NCBI RefSeq assembly: GCF_001194135.2 | Contig: NC_068996.1 | Coordinates: 38,202,071 to 38,241,912, forward strand | Direction: 5' to 3' | Source of the DNA: Octopus bimaculoides | Taxonomy: Eukaryota | DNA: 39,842 bases | In this document: positions 11,324 to 24,504 of the stretch, piece after piece | Layout of the letters: each line of letters opens with the position of its first letter | How positions within the stretch are numbered: position 1 is the first letter of the stretch | The notes under the pieces: generated by a model | What the model saw: only the letters and a program-made list of their open reading frames with translations | Database searches by the model: none | Told to the model about the DNA's origin: nothing | Made by a program: the position numbers and the translations under genes

Positions 11324-13884
11324 ATATCTTTTTTTCTTAGGGTCTACTTTTAGGAATTCAGTGTTCTTCCTTTTCCTTGTACATGTGGTTTCAACTTCTT
11401 GTAATGGTGTTGGAACCTGAAAAGTGTCATATAGCCAATCCGTCGGTATTTCTGTCCTTGTTGGTTCCTTTTCTATGACTCTTTCCTGAAGCTGATTTCT
11501 ATGTCTCCTTTCCATTCCATTTCTGCTTCTTACACCATACATCATTCTTCCTATGTATGTTACAATTCTTCCTTCTTCCCAGTATTGCTTGCCATCCTTG
11601 TACATCCTTACATATACCTTATCACCTATTCTAAAGAATTTTGGCATATCTTTACTAGCACATTTTTTTTCTTCACTGGAAACAGTTTATCGAATATTGA
11701 CTTCACCTTTCTGGCAAACATTAATTCTGCTAGTAAACTTCCTTCTGGTGTATTTAGGTTCGGAGTTCCCCTGTATACCCTTAAAAGTTGTTGGATTGTG
11801 ACCTCATCCGTAGCTTCCCTATTAGCTTTCTTTAAAACTCTCTTAAAAGTGTCCACAAACTGTTCGGCCCTTCCATTTGATCTTGGGTGATTTGGTGCTA
11901 TAATTTTATGTTCTAACGTGAACATCTCACAGAATTTTTTAAACTCACAGGATACAAACTGTGTTCCATTATCAGAGACAATTATATCTGGTACACCAAA
12001 CCTTGCAAACAGTTCGCGTAAGAAATTTATTAACATCTGAGGTTGGTTGTTTACACCTCACGACCTCAGGCCATTTTGTGTAGCTGTCCACTACTATTAA
12101 GTAATAATATCCATTTACTGGGCCTGCAAAATCGATATGCAATCAGGACCATGGTATTTTCACTTCCAGTCGAGGTTCTCATTTTGTAGTAGGTAGTTTC
12201 GCTGCCAGCGCACACCCTCTGCAGCCTTTTACCAGGTTTTCAGCTTCCTTGTCCATGCTTGACCAGTATATGAAACTTCACATCAGCACTTTCATTTTAG
12301 AGATACCTGGGTGTCCCACATGAAACACTTTTAGTATTCTCTTCTGTAATGTCTGTGGTATGACCACCCTCTGAGCGTACATTAGTACACGTTCACATCT
12401 TGATGGTTCTTTGCATCAGAGATTTCTTTATTTCCTTTTGTCGGTCACAGTTTTCTTTTTGTCACATGAATAAATTTGTTATTTCTTTCAAGGTTACTGG
12501 TAGTTCACGTACGATGTTCCGCATCACATTTGTTTCAGTTCGTTGACTTTGAACAAAGTGCTTATGGATGTATCCCATAAATTTAATTTCTCCGTACATT
12601 TGGCGTGAAATTTGTGTTTTTTTTTCAACACATAAGCATTCACTTTTTTGGCTTGACCTTTGGGCATTTTACTACAAACTCTGTACACTATTCTGTTTGA
12701 ACTACATAATTTTAGTTTGCTCATTTGTTCCCATGTTTTCTTGTTCATGTTTGTGATATCACTTTCTGTGTCTAATTGCAATTCTCACATTCACAAATTT
12801 TTTGTTGTAGTTACAACTTTTCCTGCTGAAAAACTATTTATTTTTTATTGTTTTTTTCCATTTTCCCATCATTCTAGTTTTGCAGTGCGATTTTATATGT
12901 CCTGTAAATCTACAGCGAAAACACTTTGCTTTTTTATACAGACAATCTTTTTTGCAGGTGCATCCATATGTGGGTCATATGTGCCATATGTCTGTCTACA
13001 TCCTGATATCTTTTCTGTTTTTCCTGCAACACTTTGTCTTCCAACTTTTTTGCACTGGTCTTATGTGGAAACACTCTTTCCATTGAATTTCTTCATGTCT
13101 TGCCTTAATTTTAATACCCTGTCACACTCTTCCAACAGTTTCTGCACTGTCAAATCCTGGTTCATTTCCAGTTTTGATAGAATTTTCATTCTAATTGCTG
13201 CATCTCTTCTATCTGGCAATCTTTGTGTGAAAATCAAACACTTGAAAGAATCTGGAGTAAGCATATCCAGCCTAAATCTCTCACATTCTTTGTTGACCTG
13301 TCCATTGTAAGTAGTGAAGTCTTCATCTTCACTCTTTTTTATGTTTAAACATTTCCATCTAGTATTAAACAGTGAGCTCTTTTCACTAAACATTTTGCAC
13401 AAAATGTCAACTGTGTCGATGAAATTTATGTTGGATGCTTTTTTTGGCAATATGAAGTTACTATACTTCTCATGCTCTGCTGTCCCTAGCTTTCTTAAAA
13501 CTAGATGCGTTTTTAAATCGTCCATCCAATCCTGACATTTTCTTTCAAAAATCTGTTGAAATCTTCAAAGGTAAACCTTGAAGGTTACTCCTTCTTCAAG
13601 GTCATATTTGAATTTGCTTATGGAATCTGCTACATGGTCAGATGAAAATGTATTCTCTGGTTTGGTTATCAACTTCATTAGTTGTCACATTTGCTACTGC
13701 AATCCTTGTTGTTGTTGCTATTGTTGCTGTTTTTGTAACTCAACTATCCCAACAAACAAGTTTTTTCATATTTTACAATTTTTGTAAGTTTGCACAAGAT
13801 TTTTGTTTCTTTTCTGTTGAGGTATTTAATTTTCCACATGAATTTGTTTAAACTCTTTGTGTGAATGTATTTTTTTTCTCAACC

Positions 13885-13967
13885 TTTTGACCAGCTACTG
13901 GTCTATTTATAATGGCTGGCTACTACCATTTTTTACTGGGAGGGGTGTACATTTTCACTCTACAACA
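13885..13967 (-). repeat. 5' LTR (83 bp)
   Basis: 75 of 83 positions identical to 11124-11206. Confidence 0.85.
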
Positions 13968-14098
13968 CTTAAATTTTTCCACTGAAAGAAGTGACCCATT
14001 AAGTATATGCTGGCTATATTATATGAATTTAATAACAGATTAAATTATTATTTGTGTCTGCATTTGTTTAATGTTTATAAAATATCTATTTCTTTTAG

Positions 14099-14443
14099 CA
14101 TGAAAATTCAAAACAGAACGCAAACACAAGAAAGAATCAAACTGGACAACAAGGTTTTAATAATGCAAATATTATGTCCCAATCTGGACCTGTAGTAGCT
14201 CATCAACAACCACATTCTCACCAGCCCTCAATTACTCAGCAAATTCACCAGCAAATGCCTCCAACAGCACAATATACTAATGAGCATGTATTGTTTCAAC
14301 AAAGCCATATCTCAACAATGGAGTTTCGTAGAGGTGGTGGTGGGTACAGTAGACGCATACAGCAACAGCAACAGATAGCAGAAAAAATGAAACCTACTCA
14401 GCAATATTATATGCCACCAGCTCAACGGGCTTTAAAACAATAA
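14099..14443 (+). CDS. TDRD3: TDRD3 terminal coding exon
   Basis: Acceptor tttcttttag|CAT (phase 0), in frame with ORF 14174-14443. Contains MEFRRGG and KPTQQYYMPP, matching the vertebrate TDRD3 C-terminus (LEFRRGG...RPTQQFYQPP). Stop TAA. Confidence 0.92.
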   Translation, partial: HENSKQNANTRKNQTGQQGFNNANIMSQSGPVVAHQQPHSHQPSITQQIHQQMPPTAQYTNEHVLFQQSHISTMEFRRGGGGYSRRIQQQQQIAEKMKPTQQYYMPPAQRALKQ

Positions 14444-14906
14444 CATAACAATTTTAGTTGTCTTTTTTTTTTGTATGTCAATATTAATCACAAACGAGAC
14501 AGTTTATAACTGCATTGGCCAACAAAGTGCAATTTACTTTTTACTTGAGTATTCTTTTTTTTCTTAACTTGTTGCGACATTTATTTCATTAAAGTTTAGT
14601 AATGATTTAGAAATAAGCAGAATACTTTAAAATGCAAACAAATTTAACCTCTAAATTTCTTATGCCAATTTTATCAGAATTTCTTTTGTTTATTATTCAT
14701 TTTGTTCTTTAAAAGTTAACTGTTAAATATTCAAATGAATTTGCATAATTAAACTTTACATATTGTATTTTTCATTATATTAGCTGTTGTGGATTTATCT
14801 GTTAAGTGTAATTTATAAATCATAAGTTGTGTCTTTCTATTTTAGCTTTTAACATTTCTATTTTCTTTATTTTTGTTAATGCTTATTGGGTCAATTTTGA
14901 TTGAAT

Positions 14907-15816
14907 TATGTGGGTTGGCTGAAAATTTCATAGGCTGACCAAAATACTCTCATGGAAAGTGGCCATATGAGGTTTATTTTTCAACATTGTCCTTGTGGTC
15001 CACGCACTTCACCCATCAGTGTTACTGTGCTTGGATCCCATTGGGGAAGAAGCTTTCTTTCTGTTGCTCAAAGAAAATCAACAGCAGCAGATATGACATC
15101 ATCATCATCACTGCAATATTGGATCTCAGCCAAGTGTTTTCTCTTGTCGGGGAACAGATGATAGTCAGATGGGGCCAAATCAGGAAAAAAAGGAGGGTGA
15201 TCAACCAGTTCAAAGCCACAATTATGCGCAGGAGCCATTGAAACCAAAGACTTGTATGCTGCAGTACTGTCTTGAAGAAACAAGACCCCTTTCATCAGTT
15301 TTCTTGGGTGTTTGGTCTTCTTGATAGCCCTTTGTAACTGCCTCGGCAAGTTGGTGTGGTACACTTCATTGATGGTGTGGCCCTTTTGAAGACAGTCAAT
15401 AACCACAATGCCTTTTGCATCCCAAAAAACTGAGGCCATTGCCTCCATGACAGATGAAACAACTTTGCCTTCTTTGGAGCAGGTGATGAGGGGTCTTTCC
15501 ACTGCTTGGATTGTCTGTCTCCGGCCCAAAGTGATGAACCCAAAACTCATCCTAGCTCATAAAACATTCAAGAAAACCAGCTGGATCTACATGAATTTTC
15601 TGCAGGTACTTAACACTACAAAGCCAACACCATTTTAAAGAGAAGTTGCTACTAGTTATTTTTTAAGTCTTTTTTTTTTGAACAAACAGATGTTATTTTA
15701 TCTGGAAATAAACAATGTAGTTATTAATAAAGAGTTAAAATTAACCATGCAAGATCTCACTACTCTAGCATTGTCCCTTCATAGTCAGCCTATGAACTTT
15801 TCAGCCCACCTTTGTA
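14907..15816 (-). mobile_element. Mariner element, internally deleted
   Basis: Inverted termini of about 30 bp (GGCTGAAAA.TTCATAGGCTGAC) flanked by TA. Transposase motifs SKQWKDPSSPAPKKAK, MASVFWDAKG and HPPFFPDLAPSDYHLF. Confidence 0.9.
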
Positions 15817-17291
15817 AGGATTAATTATTTAATTATATGCAAATAGAAAAAGACAGGAATGAATGACAGATGACAATATGAAATTAAACAAGTTAACTCT
15901 TCTTGAAGCTGTTGTATTCTTATTTTTGATAAAAACTGTTCTTGTGAATAATAATGGCATAGCTACAAAGGTTTTTTTTTTTTTTTAATCATAATTCAAA
16001 AATTGCATTTGAAACATGCCTCACCTTACAATGTAAGAAAATATGAAAAACTAAAATTTTTGAGAAATTTTTGTTTCCCCTTTTAATGTTATTTCCAAAT
16101 GTAAGTTTCTATTGTAGGATATGATTTTTCTTTGCACTTCAAAGTTAGACATTTGTTGCAATTTATAATTATGTATAAATAGATTTTATACAATTCTGAT
16201 GTTATGGCTGTTTACAATTACAAAATCTCCATTTATTTGATAAAAAATAAACACGAATTTGGTAAATTTACAGATTCAGTTTTTTTTTTAATTCTGATGT
16301 TCCTTTGATTTTTATTGAAAAAAAAACTATCTAAACATTTCTTATTAAATTTTGTTTTCTCAAGCTTCTGAAATAAAATTTTGAAATTAAGGTTCATAGA
16401 GTTATAGTTTAGCAACACAGAACAAACCTGAAACACAGGTTTGTTTTAAAAGATTCTTTAAATCATAGCACTTGTGATGTAAACTAGCAAGGTTTACTTT
16501 TGTTGTTTCTTAATTGCCATTTTCTGAAGTTCTTATAAAAATAAACTAAAAATTGAGAGATGGATTAATCATTATTGTATTGTATTGGTAACTTTCAAAG
16601 AAGTATAAAGGAACATTTATCCAGTACTGATAACAATTTTAGCTGCATTATGTTCCAAAATATGTATACTTCTAATATTTAAAATTTGAAATAAAATTAA
16701 TTTGTGGATTTATTTATATATATTTTTTTATTCTCATGAAAGTAAGTAATATTCTTTGTAGAAAGTCATCTTCTTTCCAATAATCTCCCGAATATCACGA
16801 TGATTTTGTTTATGCATAAGTCAATAGAAGTTTCTGTAATGATTGTTTTTGAGAATTTAGTTTTTAAGGCTTTGATCAAACTATTTTAAAACTGAATTAA
16901 TAACTGTATGCTATATATAAATAGTTTGTTTATAACAAACATATCTTATTTATAGCAACAGTTTCCTTTGTTGGTTAATGAAAACTGGTAGTGTATCTCT
17001 GAATAAATTTATCTTTGTTTTTAAATGAACTTTTAGATTATACAAATTGACTTATTGTTTAAACTTAATATCATGAAATAATTAAGTTTTGAAGTAAAAT
17101 CTGTCTATTGATGTTTGGTCATTTAACATTGTTTACAGGCTTAAATATATTAATGATATATTAATACTGATCTGTAGAAATAGCTTAGACAAAGTGTTAG
17201 TATAAGGGTTTTGTTATGAATTAAATCTCATTAGAGGACCCATATTTGCTATTTGAGTCAATAATATAACTAACAATTTATAAATGGTAAT

Positions 17292-17604
17292 AGGGTAAAG
17301 ACATCCTTTGGTCATGAATGATCATGGGATTGCCCCTAGATAGAAAGTTCCCTTCCAAGGCACAAGTCAAGGCAAGGTTGTTCATAAAAGATCATCAGTC
17401 GTCTGTGCATATCGGCCTTCCCTCTCCATGCTAAGGCAAAAGTCAATACAGCTTGGCACTAGTGATGTCACAACTCATTTGTACAGTTGAGTGAACTAGA
17501 GCAACATGAAGTAGTGTCTTGCTCAAGAACACAACATACAGCCCAATCTGGGAATCAAACTCACTGGTTGTGAGCCTGATAGTCTTACTGAGCCATGTAC
17601 CTTC
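17292..17604 (-). mobile_element. tRNA-derived SINE (same family as 9135-9470)
   Basis: Reverse-complement match including GTGTCTTGCTCAAGAACAC and the head ending CTGAGCCATGTACCTTC. Confidence 0.8.
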
Positions 17605-20300
17605 TCTTACAATTTATAACCATCAGTAATAGGTTAAGGGCATATAAATTTGTATGAAGGAGTTCAGTCATTTGTATGGTATTTCATTGATTGAACTTGG
17701 TGAGATTTGACACAAAATACCCTAAAAGAAAAATATAATTTATACTAGTAAGATTAAAACTTCTGAAACAATTATTTTCAGTAAACTTCCTTTCACAAAA
17801 CTCCTGACTGAATTAAACATATTTCACATTTCTGTCAATGTGAACTGAATATCAGCATCCAACATTCTTAATTTAACAAACTGTTTTTCTGGAAAATTTT
17901 CTCATTCCTTTTGAGCCTTGGGCATAGAAATAACAGACTTAGCTTAGAGTATTTAATGTTCAGTTTTGATTATTGCTGATTAAATGTGAGAGCAAGTAAT
18001 GGCCTGGAAAATGAAACATTGAGAGAAAGGGTTTTGTTAATAAATGAAATTATAATAGTAGATAAATTACAATAATTAATGTTAATATATCTAATGCAGA
18101 GATCATTAGAAACTAAAAATAATTTGACAGCCAAGGGTAATTTAATCTCTGAACATTACAATTTTTGTATTCAAGTGTACTACTACTTAGCAATTCCTTC
18201 ATTACTGTGTTGGTGAGTATGGTGGTCTATGTAGAGAGAGTATAGTGGATTTATGTAAATGTAGGCCTCTTAATCAGATAGATAGACAGTAAAGCTATTG
18301 AATGTTAACATTTTCTTAAAGAGATTAGCAGCTATTCAGGATTGAAGTATGGTGTAGTCTTGCAGAAGAAACTCATCCATTCTAAAACAGTCTTATATTT
18401 GTGTAGTGGCTCTAAAGGAGTTTGAAGAATTGTTAGGCCAAGCACTTTCACAGAATGTTAATATTTTATTTCATATTTCTCTTTATTGTCAGGTAGGATG
18501 TAATTAGCATTCCCATGATCAGAAGTTGTTTAACCCTATCTTAAATATGATGATTAAAAGTGTTCAGTCATGACTTTTTCTTTTTTTTTTTAATATCTAG
18601 GGCTCCAATGTGGGGTGTTTTAAAAAATTTTTTTATCTGCAGAGTTATAGGTTATGAGGATCTTTCATTAGTTCATGTGACAGCTAATGTATAGCAAAGG
18701 TTGGAGAATTAGGTGGGCATCGGCATTCATCCAAGATGATGACTAGCTGCAAGAGAGAGAGAGAGTTTCAATTGAAGCTTCAATTCCACTTTGGTTGATA
18801 AGTTGGGTCTGTGGAGTTGCTTCTGATGACATTTTCAAAGAATTGCTGATGTCAAGGGCAATAACTTTGCTTTTTTCAGTGTTCTCAAAAGCAAGAGGAC
18901 ATTAAAGCAACTGTTTTTTTTTTTTTTGAATGTGTAGAAATAATCAATGAAAATATATTCAACTTAATGTTGGCAGTATCCTAAAGATGTTGGGTTTAAA
19001 ATCAATGTTGGTAGATAATTATGAACTGTAGTGAGTAAATACCTTTTTATTGAAATCAAGTGATTTGGTGACCGTTTTTGTAAGGATAATGGAGGTGTTT
19101 AGGATTAAACTATCTCAGGATGTCTCTTAAAGTCTTGCTGCTTTGTTATTTGATTTGAATAAGAGGAAAGCTTAACAAATGAAAAGCACCTTATTGGTTA
19201 TTTAAAATCTTTTTTTTTATTCCTGCTCTAAAATTATTATGTTAGCATATAACTAGTAAGAATAATGAAGTAGTGTTGAAAATTTAATTTCTTTTTTTTT
19301 TCACATTTTTTTCCCATGGTACAACTTTGACCTATTTTTGCCATGCATTCAATAAATCTGAATAATTCAAATGAATCATAAGAATATGTTTTTAAAAAAC
19401 TGAACGTACTTGTGAAATATGAATAGAACACAAATGAATAAACACACACACACACATATTTCTTAAGAGGCAAATTAACAAATGCACTGACTCCATGTTG
19501 TCACTTATTGAACTCAATGTGCTGATCACTTGTGTCACTTAAGAGTTATTTAAATAAACAAAACATATTCTTTGTTTTATTTTATTTGTTATTCATACAT
19601 GGTACTTTTTTTTATTTTTCCAAATGAACCCTATTTAGTGTTCTTATGATATCAATTTATTGTTTGTGTTGTATGTTGAGTATTGATTAGACATACATCA
19701 ATCAGTATTATCACAAAGTTATATATTACAGGCATGCTTTCCTTTAATATATTCTCATGCCTCTAAATAGCATAAGTCTTATTTCCATGTGTAAAATCTT
19801 ATTTTATTTCTTTTATAGAGAATTTCAGACCTCTTCAAATAAATAATCATAACTAATTGTTTGTCTTAAATAATTTCCATAGGATTTTAATATACTCTCA
19901 TTGCAAATAATTGTTTGGCTTCGATGCTCCAGAATTAGATACCATTATTATGAAGGTGTTATTGGAAGGTTAACAGACAAAAATAACTTGCAATATGTGA
20001 TTTCATCTATATATCCTGAGCCTAATGTCAGCCACAGTTGACTATTTTTCACCATTCTGATGAACCAATTACGTATGATCAATTAAATTGACTGTATCGC
20101 ATAACCTATAGATTTGTAAGAAATCTGTTTTTAATTTTTTTTCCAAATTGTACTGTCATTTTAAAGTTTTTCTTGGTTGTCCTTAGCAAAAAATGCTTAT
20201 GCAGAATAACATGAAATGATATATGATCCAGTCTGCTTTGGCATCATTCATAGATATTATGAACCAGTCAGAACATGTGTGGTGTGGCAGTAAAATACTC

Positions 20301-20303
<3 letters not shown>

Positions 20304-20348
<45 letters not shown>

Positions 20349-20478
20349 NNNNNNNNNNNNNNNNNNNNNNNNNNNNNNNNNNNNNNNNNNNNNNNNNNNN
20401 NNNNNNNNNNNNNNNNNNNNNNNNNNNNNNNNNNNNNNNNNNNNNNNNNNNNNNNNNNNNNNNNNNNNNNNNNNNNNN

Positions 20479-20521
<43 letters not shown>
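20304..20521. repeat. (CT)n microsatellite spanning an assembly gap
   Basis: (CT)n on both sides of the N run at 20349-20478. Confidence 0.95.
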
Positions 20522-20524
<3 letters not shown>

Positions 20525-22180
20525 TTGTTAGTTATCCAGTACATTGGGTTTTGTGAAGCTGCCAAATTTACAGCTGTTTTTGTGTACATCAATTAATTTG
20601 TTGCTTTTTATGTAACAGCATGCTCTGTTTCTTATTTCTGCACTGTTTTATTACTATGTCAGTTTTTGCTATTGGCATCAGAAATTACCATTAATACATT
20701 TGATTACTCCTATACACCCTCTATTTTAAGTCTCTAGCTATTAAAAGTTCCCTTTCTTAATATGCTTACTTTTTATTTTTTAAACATATTTTGGTGAATA
20801 TGTTATGGGCCAGAGGTAACAAGCTGAGTAATGCCCTTCAGTAGAATTCATAGCTTCAATCCCAACATAGACAATGGGGAGTTTGTTTTGGTTCTTAAAT
20901 TCAGCAAATTAAATTACTCTATAAAAGAGTTTTCATTGGTTCCTTCTTTAACACATATTTCCTCTCTCTCGTTTAGCCATGCTCAAGCAGATCTATAATC
21001 ACAGATTTTCCTGTCATTACTGTCCTGTCTGTTTATATATTTATGGTTGTTATCTATATAATTTCTTTCAAGAAAGTAGTGTGATTTTTTAAGGAAATTT
21101 AGTTGCTATTTCTAGCAAGTTGAATGACCAGGTAAAAATTCTTAACCACTTTCATAAATATTGCTGTGATTTCAGTATCTCTATTATAATGCGACTTAAT
21201 ATACCACCATTATTTCAAGAAAGTGTATATTGCATAGCCTGTGTATATCCAATAATTTAAGTAAATATCATCAGATACACCTGAAACTTTTCTATTAAAA
21301 TATGATGAATATTGTTTAAATATTTTTAGTTGAAGGGAAAAAGTATGAACATTTGTAATAATGTTTTATGTATTCCCTTTTCAATAATTTACATAAAAAG
21401 TTCTTTTTTTATGAGACAGTTATACAAAAAGTGTTACAGACTATAAAGTATTGTGTTCTCTATGTTCTTGGAGAATTTGGTAACTTATGCATTTATATTG
21501 TTTCACTTGTAATGTGCAGTTATCGTCATTGAATTTCTTTTGTAGATTAATCTGCAATAAAATGGTTTTCCATCTTCTAACCATTTTTTTTTTCCTTTGT
21601 TTTTTTCATGACAACATTCTTTTACTGTTTCATTCATGCACATTTGTGACTATTCAGAGCATGAAAGCTGATTATTTGAGGAAAGAAACCATTTCAGTTG
21701 AAGATTCTAGTCTGTGAAATAGAGGAAAGTTGTCAATCAGATTATAATTAGCAGTAGTATCCTTTTGATGAACATCTTCATAGCCAAACTTTGTCTCTAC
21801 TGTTTCCAAGATCTCCAAGTGAGAAGCTACAAACCATTATAATCTCTTCTGCTAGATGACTTACTTTCATCACTTCAAATAAACTTTGTTGATAATGCCA
21901 CATCAACAGTTCTAGTCTTATATTACAAATTATAGACACAGCTTTACAAAATCTAGCAATAGCATCAAATAAATCCCATGCTACACTCCAAATACCAAAA
22001 TCTTTGGTATCCCATGTGCCACTCCAGTTCACCTATGAAAAAAAATAACTATCCTCTCCAGTTTATAAACATTGGCATGAGAAAAATAGTAAAAGAGTTT
22101 TCTTTAAGTTTGGACGATGGGTATTCATATTCTTTGATCAACTTACATATTGGTATATTTGAAACACTTGTATCATTCTC

Positions 22181-22330
22181 CTCATCATTGTTTAACATCA
22201 GTTTTCCATGCTGGCATGGGTTGAACAGTTCAACAGGAACTGATGAGTCAGAAAACTATGCTGAGCTCCAATGTCTGCTTTGGCATGTTTTCCTGACACC
22301 AACCAATTTGCAGAGTGTACTGAAGGCTTT
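22181..22330 (-). mobile_element. Diverged RTE 3'-tail copy
   Basis: TCATCATTGTTTAACATCAGTTTTCCATGCTGGCATGGGTTG. Confidence 0.7.
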
Positions 22331-23282
22331 ATTACATATCAGCATCAGTGAAACCACCAAGTACCCACAAGACATTGACTCCTCCTCAACTGAGTTGAGA
22401 TGTAGTATTGAGGAAGGTTGCTTTATGTCATGTGATGAGAGGTTAAAGTATGATAGACAGGCAGAAACAGGCATTTTGCTGTAAAAGAAATACATGGTTA
22501 CTTCAGTTGGAAAAGAATAAAAATGGTGGAGATGCCTAAGGGCATATTCTTGAAGTAAAGAAGATGAATATAAGGGGATCAGATAGGGTGATGGATAGAT
22601 AGCTTTGTGAGTGTGAAAGGAGAATGGCAGATGGATAGAGATGAATGGCAAACATGATATGGTCAATGGTGAATAATCAGTTTGATGGAGGAAATAGGAG
22701 TGAGTCAAAGAGGTAATAAATGGTAGAACAGATGATGATGTGGAAGGTGCACAGTGCCAGGAACAAGGTCTGAGGTACATAGGTGTGGAAGAAGTAAGTG
22801 ATAAACAAAGTCAGGGTGAATGTGTCATTTGGCTGAATGAAAGTGTACAGGGAAAAGATGATGGTGAAAGGGATGATATTGAGAATGCAGATGATAAAAA
22901 GAAGTGGTTCCAGGGGAATCAAATATGTGCGGTTCTGCTCTCATGTAATTACAGTAAATGAAAAGTACCATAGTTAGATGAGTGCTGGAGGGGTGGGTGT
23001 CAGGAAGTTGAGTTGTGTGGGAAGAGATTTGACAGAGATAGATCAGGTGCCAGGACAGACAATATAATTCTAGGGCTTCATTTCTGCTTAGACAAATGAG
23101 TTTTCTTGAGTAGAGTATGTCATCAATCATCTCAGTCCTTTGTCATTTCCTCTCTAAGGCTCAACATTATACGGGGGTGGGTGGGTCGATGTCTTCTGCC
23201 AAAATTTAGAACCAATATTAAAAGATACAATTTTAGAAAAAAGAAGTGCCTGTCCTCTGGATAATAACTATCTCTGTAAAAA

Positions 23283-23465
23283 TCATCATTTAGCATCCAC
23301 GCTTGATGGTTTGACCGGGATTGGTAAACTAGCTCCAGGTTAATTTGGTTTGGCTTCTATGGCTGCATGCCCTTTCTAACACCAATCACTTAAACAAAGT
23401 GTACTGGGTATCTTTTATGTGGCATCAACACTGGTGCTTTTTACGTGTCATTGGTACTGGCCATG
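23283..23465 (-). mobile_element. Highly diverged RTE 3'-tail copy
   Basis: (CAT)n start and GCATGCCCTTTCTAACACCAATCAC motif. Confidence 0.55.
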
Positions 23466-24292
23466 ACTATCTGTTTGTGTCATCTATATCTATGAGAGAG
23501 TGTGTGTGTGTGACTGCTGGTTATTGAGGTAGCTGAACTCGACCTCTAAGCAAGCAAAAAAAAAAAAATCTATTATAAAAGAAGAGTGTCATTGTGATAC
23601 AGAAATAGAATAAACAAAATCTACTTAATTTGGTGGATAACAAATTTTGAGTGATAAAATGATAAGAAGTATGTCTGGACTTATGTATTTAAGTAGCTAA
23701 TAGAATAATTATACTTTAAGAACCATAAAAGAAATTAATGAAGAACATAGCTATAAAACCCTTTTGTTGACACAGAAACTAATAGCAAGCCAGTAATTTA
23801 TTACAGTGTATGAAAACAGTTTTTTTTTCTATTGTTTTCTCTTCTTTGATCAGTTTGTAGAATGTAAATGATTGTATAAAAAAAAAAAACCTGTTGACGA
23901 AAATTAATCAAATCTCTTTCTTTAAAGTTCATTAATTACACTTTAATTTCGTGCATAGTAAATTATGGTTGATTCATGTGTATCCTCTTGTTATGTTTAG
24001 TCCAATGGATTAAGTAGAACAGGAGAAATTTCAGTTGCCTTCATTCCAATTTCACAAATTTTCATAAATACCTAACCACGTGTATATGTGTAGAGGGGGG
24101 GGATGTGTGTGTGTGTGGTGTTTGTTAGTTTGATTAATCTAACACAGGTGCATGCATGCATGCACACACACACACACACACATTCCTTTTGAGGTGATTT
24201 TCATACATGGCTGTCAAATGACCTTAATACATTGACTTAGCAGAACGGTGATTAAAATTCCCTTACTTCATCACATGACCATTCTCAACCAA

Positions 24293-24500
24293 TCATCATC
24301 ATCATCATCATTTAATGCCTGTTGTCCATGCTGGCATGGGTTGGACAGTTTGACCATACCTGGCAAGCTGGGGAGCTGCACTAGATTCCAATCTGATTTG
24401 GCTGGATGCCCTACTTAATGCCAACCACTTTGCAAGGTATGGGTCTTCTTGAGTATGGCAAGGTATCTGGTGTTTTGGTCTTAGCCACTATACCATATGC
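24293..24500 (-). mobile_element. RTE 3'-tail copy
   Basis: (CAT)n-TTTAATGCCTGTTGTCCATGCTGGCATGGGTTGGAC. Confidence 0.75.
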
Positions 24501-24504
24501 CTGT

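Larger units (their letters stand above)
11124..13967 (-). mobile_element. Ty3/Gypsy LTR retrotransposon (Mag-like), internally deleted, in TDRD3 intron
   Basis: Decayed gag (FKYDLEEGVTF, KTHLVLRKLGTAEHEKY, CFRCRFTGHIKSHC knuckle), protease (QLDTESDIT) and integrase (HVGHPGI..C..C; FGVPDIIVSDNGTQF; HPRSNGRAEQFVDTFK). No RT/RNase H seen. Polypurine tract AAAAGGGGAGA next to the 3' LTR. Confidence 0.9.

Noticed and set aside
12660-13310. 216-aa plus-strand ORF
   Set aside because: Antisense to the Gypsy gag/protease region, with a Phe-rich composition mirroring Lys codons.
13850-13884. Primer-binding site and target-site duplication for the Gypsy element
   Set aside because: No TGG-starting tRNA complement next to the 5' LTR, and the flanks CTTCC/CTTAA match at only 3 of 5 positions.
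19900-20045. About 50-codon open frame (LQIIVWLRCSRIRYHYYEGVIGRL...)
   Set aside because: No start or splice support and no recognisable homology; expected by chance.
20223-20592. SLSLSL/ERERER ORFs and other X-containing ORFs (27192-27573, 38793-39146)
   Set aside because: Microsatellites and N gaps read through as ORFs.
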